The notes beneath the pieces were generated by a model. The model was not told where the DNA came from and searched no databases. It was given only the letters and a program-made list of their open reading frames with translations. Source: Heptranchias perlo (Eukaryota). From it: 64,000 bases of DNA. Position numbers and translations under genes: made by a program. The stretch spans positions 55,180,001-55,244,000 of the forward strand of contig NC_090341.1 of the NCBI RefSeq assembly GCF_035084215.1, in the 5' to 3' direction. Below are positions 62,036 to 64,000 of the stretch, piece by piece; the first letter of the stretch is position 1, and every line of letters starts with the position of its first letter.

Positions 62036-63204
62036 AGTGGGGAAATTTTAATCAGCCAGACACAGTACTCCAAGCTCCTGGAAATACTGAGTCATATCCA
62101 AAACAAAATGTGTACCTCATGTCGCATCGCTTGTGTGACTTCTCTCCCAGTGCCAAATGTACATTTCTACAAGGGCACACATATACCGCTTGTGGTCAGG
62201 TATCTAGCAACACACCTGAAGTCAACATTGTGGTGAAATTTCTTTATAAAAATGTTTGACTTTTCTTCCTCACTCTCCCATCTAGAAATTGAAGTGTAAT
62301 AACGGCAAAGAATTTCAACCAGAACAGTTGCAGGGTAGGATAGGATAGAAACAAGAGGCAATGCCATCCTATAACATTCACAACCCAGCACAGAATGCCA
62401 AAGTACTGTTCTTACTTAAAATGTTTGATCAAGAAGACAGTGAAATGCTTAACACTTCTCCTAGTAAGGCACAAATGCAGCAAATTGCTCCAGGTGTCAT
62501 CAGCCAATATTCCAATTCAAACAGGACCTTTCTTGGGAAGGAATTTAACTACCACACTTGCTACCCTGCCAGTCCCACCATTTTGCAGGCTGGCATTCTG
62601 GGCCGACTGTGACCGAGTCTCTACCCATCCACAGCTTGTCCCCATTGTCTGGGCAGCGGTGGAACAATGGCAGATGTGATGAGTCAGTTTTATAGTGGTG
62701 TTGTTTGGCTTTGAATTCTTGGAGACCCACGCCAGTGATCAGGCTTCCAGCATTTACACTGCTAAATCTGGCCCCCTTATCCTGGCAGCAGACTCAAGAG
62801 CACAAAAATAAAACATTGAAAACAGTATGCTCCTTCGAAAAAGCCTGCGTAATATTAGCTTAAGATACAAATGTATAACGTGTGCATGACAATGTGCTGC
62901 TAAGCCTGCCTTCTCTGTGTCACATGCAGTAAGTGACCATATAAAGCTCGCTGGATGAACAGAACTAAGGATCTCGTGGAAAATATGCAGCTACTATACT
63001 TCAGCTCACATACATGTCCAACTAACCCGCGCACACAGGAAGGCATCCAATCCATTTATTATTCCTTACAAAGCAATTACTAAAAAATTACAAAGCACTC
63101 AATTCCCTGCTTTTTTTCCCCAATTGTAGGACATATTTAAATAGAAGCCATAGGAGACACTCCAACATCAATTAGTGCTATATTGTACAGAAATTATAGG
63201 CAAA

Positions 63205-63228
63205 ACACACACACACACACACACACAC
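63205..63228. repeat. (AC)12 microsatellite
   Basis: Read directly from the sequence. Confidence 0.95.
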
Positions 63229-63639
63229 CAAATAGACTTTCAGCTCCTTATAGCTCTGAAATCAGTTGGTATACTATTAATACAAATCAGCATTAATGGC
63301 AACCATGGGTATTACAAACAGATACAATATACCATTCTCTGCACAGCTTTTCACAGGACTAGCCACAGGTGTGAATACTGATGTGTGCCAGGGCTTCCGC
63401 TACAGGTGTCTGTGCGTTTAGAAGGCTTAAAAGTAGCGATACCATGACTTACCAGTTACTTCAAAGCATCAGTATAGGCCATTTTCAAGGCTTTAGGCTT
63501 CAGTATCACTGTGGGCAATTGCAAAGCTTAAAATCATGAGGTTGGCACTGGCCAAATAGGGGGCATCAATTATGAGTCATGTTAAAAAAATGAGGAATTG
63601 CTCAACTTCTACTAAATGACTAGTTGAGATAGTGCCTAC

Positions 63640-63861
63640 CTTGATGTAGTTATCCAATACTGGGTACACCTTGTAAATTGCCAGAAGCAGTGAGAGGAAG
63701 GTCGTGAAAGGGAAAGTTGTCATAACAACATGTGTGACTTCTGGGAAGGAGAATATCTTGAAGCCGAACTTCTCAAAGAGTTTGACTAGTTCTTCAGAAG
63801 GTTTCTCATCGCCTTCACTCAAGATGGTGCCTGCTATATATCGCAGCTTCTCTTCTGGTAC
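63640..63861 (-). CDS. TEX264: TEX264 internal coding exon (GyrI-like domain), 222 bp / 74 aa, phase 0-0
   Basis: ttttgattccag|GTA...AAG|gtaggc encodes VPEEKLRYIAGTILSEGDEKPSEELVKLFEKFGFKIFSFPEVTHVVMTTFPFTTFLSLLLAIYKVYPVLDNYIK. It is colinear, with equal length, with the recalled human segment VPPDKCRCAVGSILSEGEESPSPELIDLYQKFGFKVFSFPAPSHVVTATFPYTTILSIWLATRRVHPALDTYIK. Confidence 0.92.
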
Positions 63862-64000
63862 CTGGAATCAAAAGGACTTCATGTTAACTCAGGTCTGCTG
63901 ACATACTAACACACACAAAATACCACTGAAACAAGAATTAATGTTACACCTCTGTATCGTTGCTACACAATTAAGGTTTAATTTCACTCTATCCTTAAAT

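Overview
Eukaryotic, repeat-dense vertebrate DNA. The repeat families (CR1/HER1-type LINEs, L2, Deu-type SINEs) suggest a shark or other cartilaginous fish, which is an inference. The only host coding sequence I recognise is one 222-bp minus-strand exon of TEX264 (63640-63861). I found no downstream TEX264 exon, so most of the window may be one very long intron. The rest is a layered transposon landscape: many CR1 copies (some nested), L2, a Tx1-like LINE, RTE and Gypsy fossils, a tRNA-headed CR1-group LINE, Deu-SINE and LF-SINE-like elements, MITEs and a 34-bp minisatellite. The standout is an apparently intact, young, autonomous PIF/Harbinger DNA transposon (27982-32179). It has 13-bp perfect TIRs, a TAA target-site duplication, an intact 409-aa DDE transposase and a convergent three-exon ~476-aa Myb/SANT partner gene that the ORF track does not assemble. 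A decayed Harbinger of a second family with the same architecture lies at ~9646-13681. No prokaryotic systems or CRISPR arrays are present.
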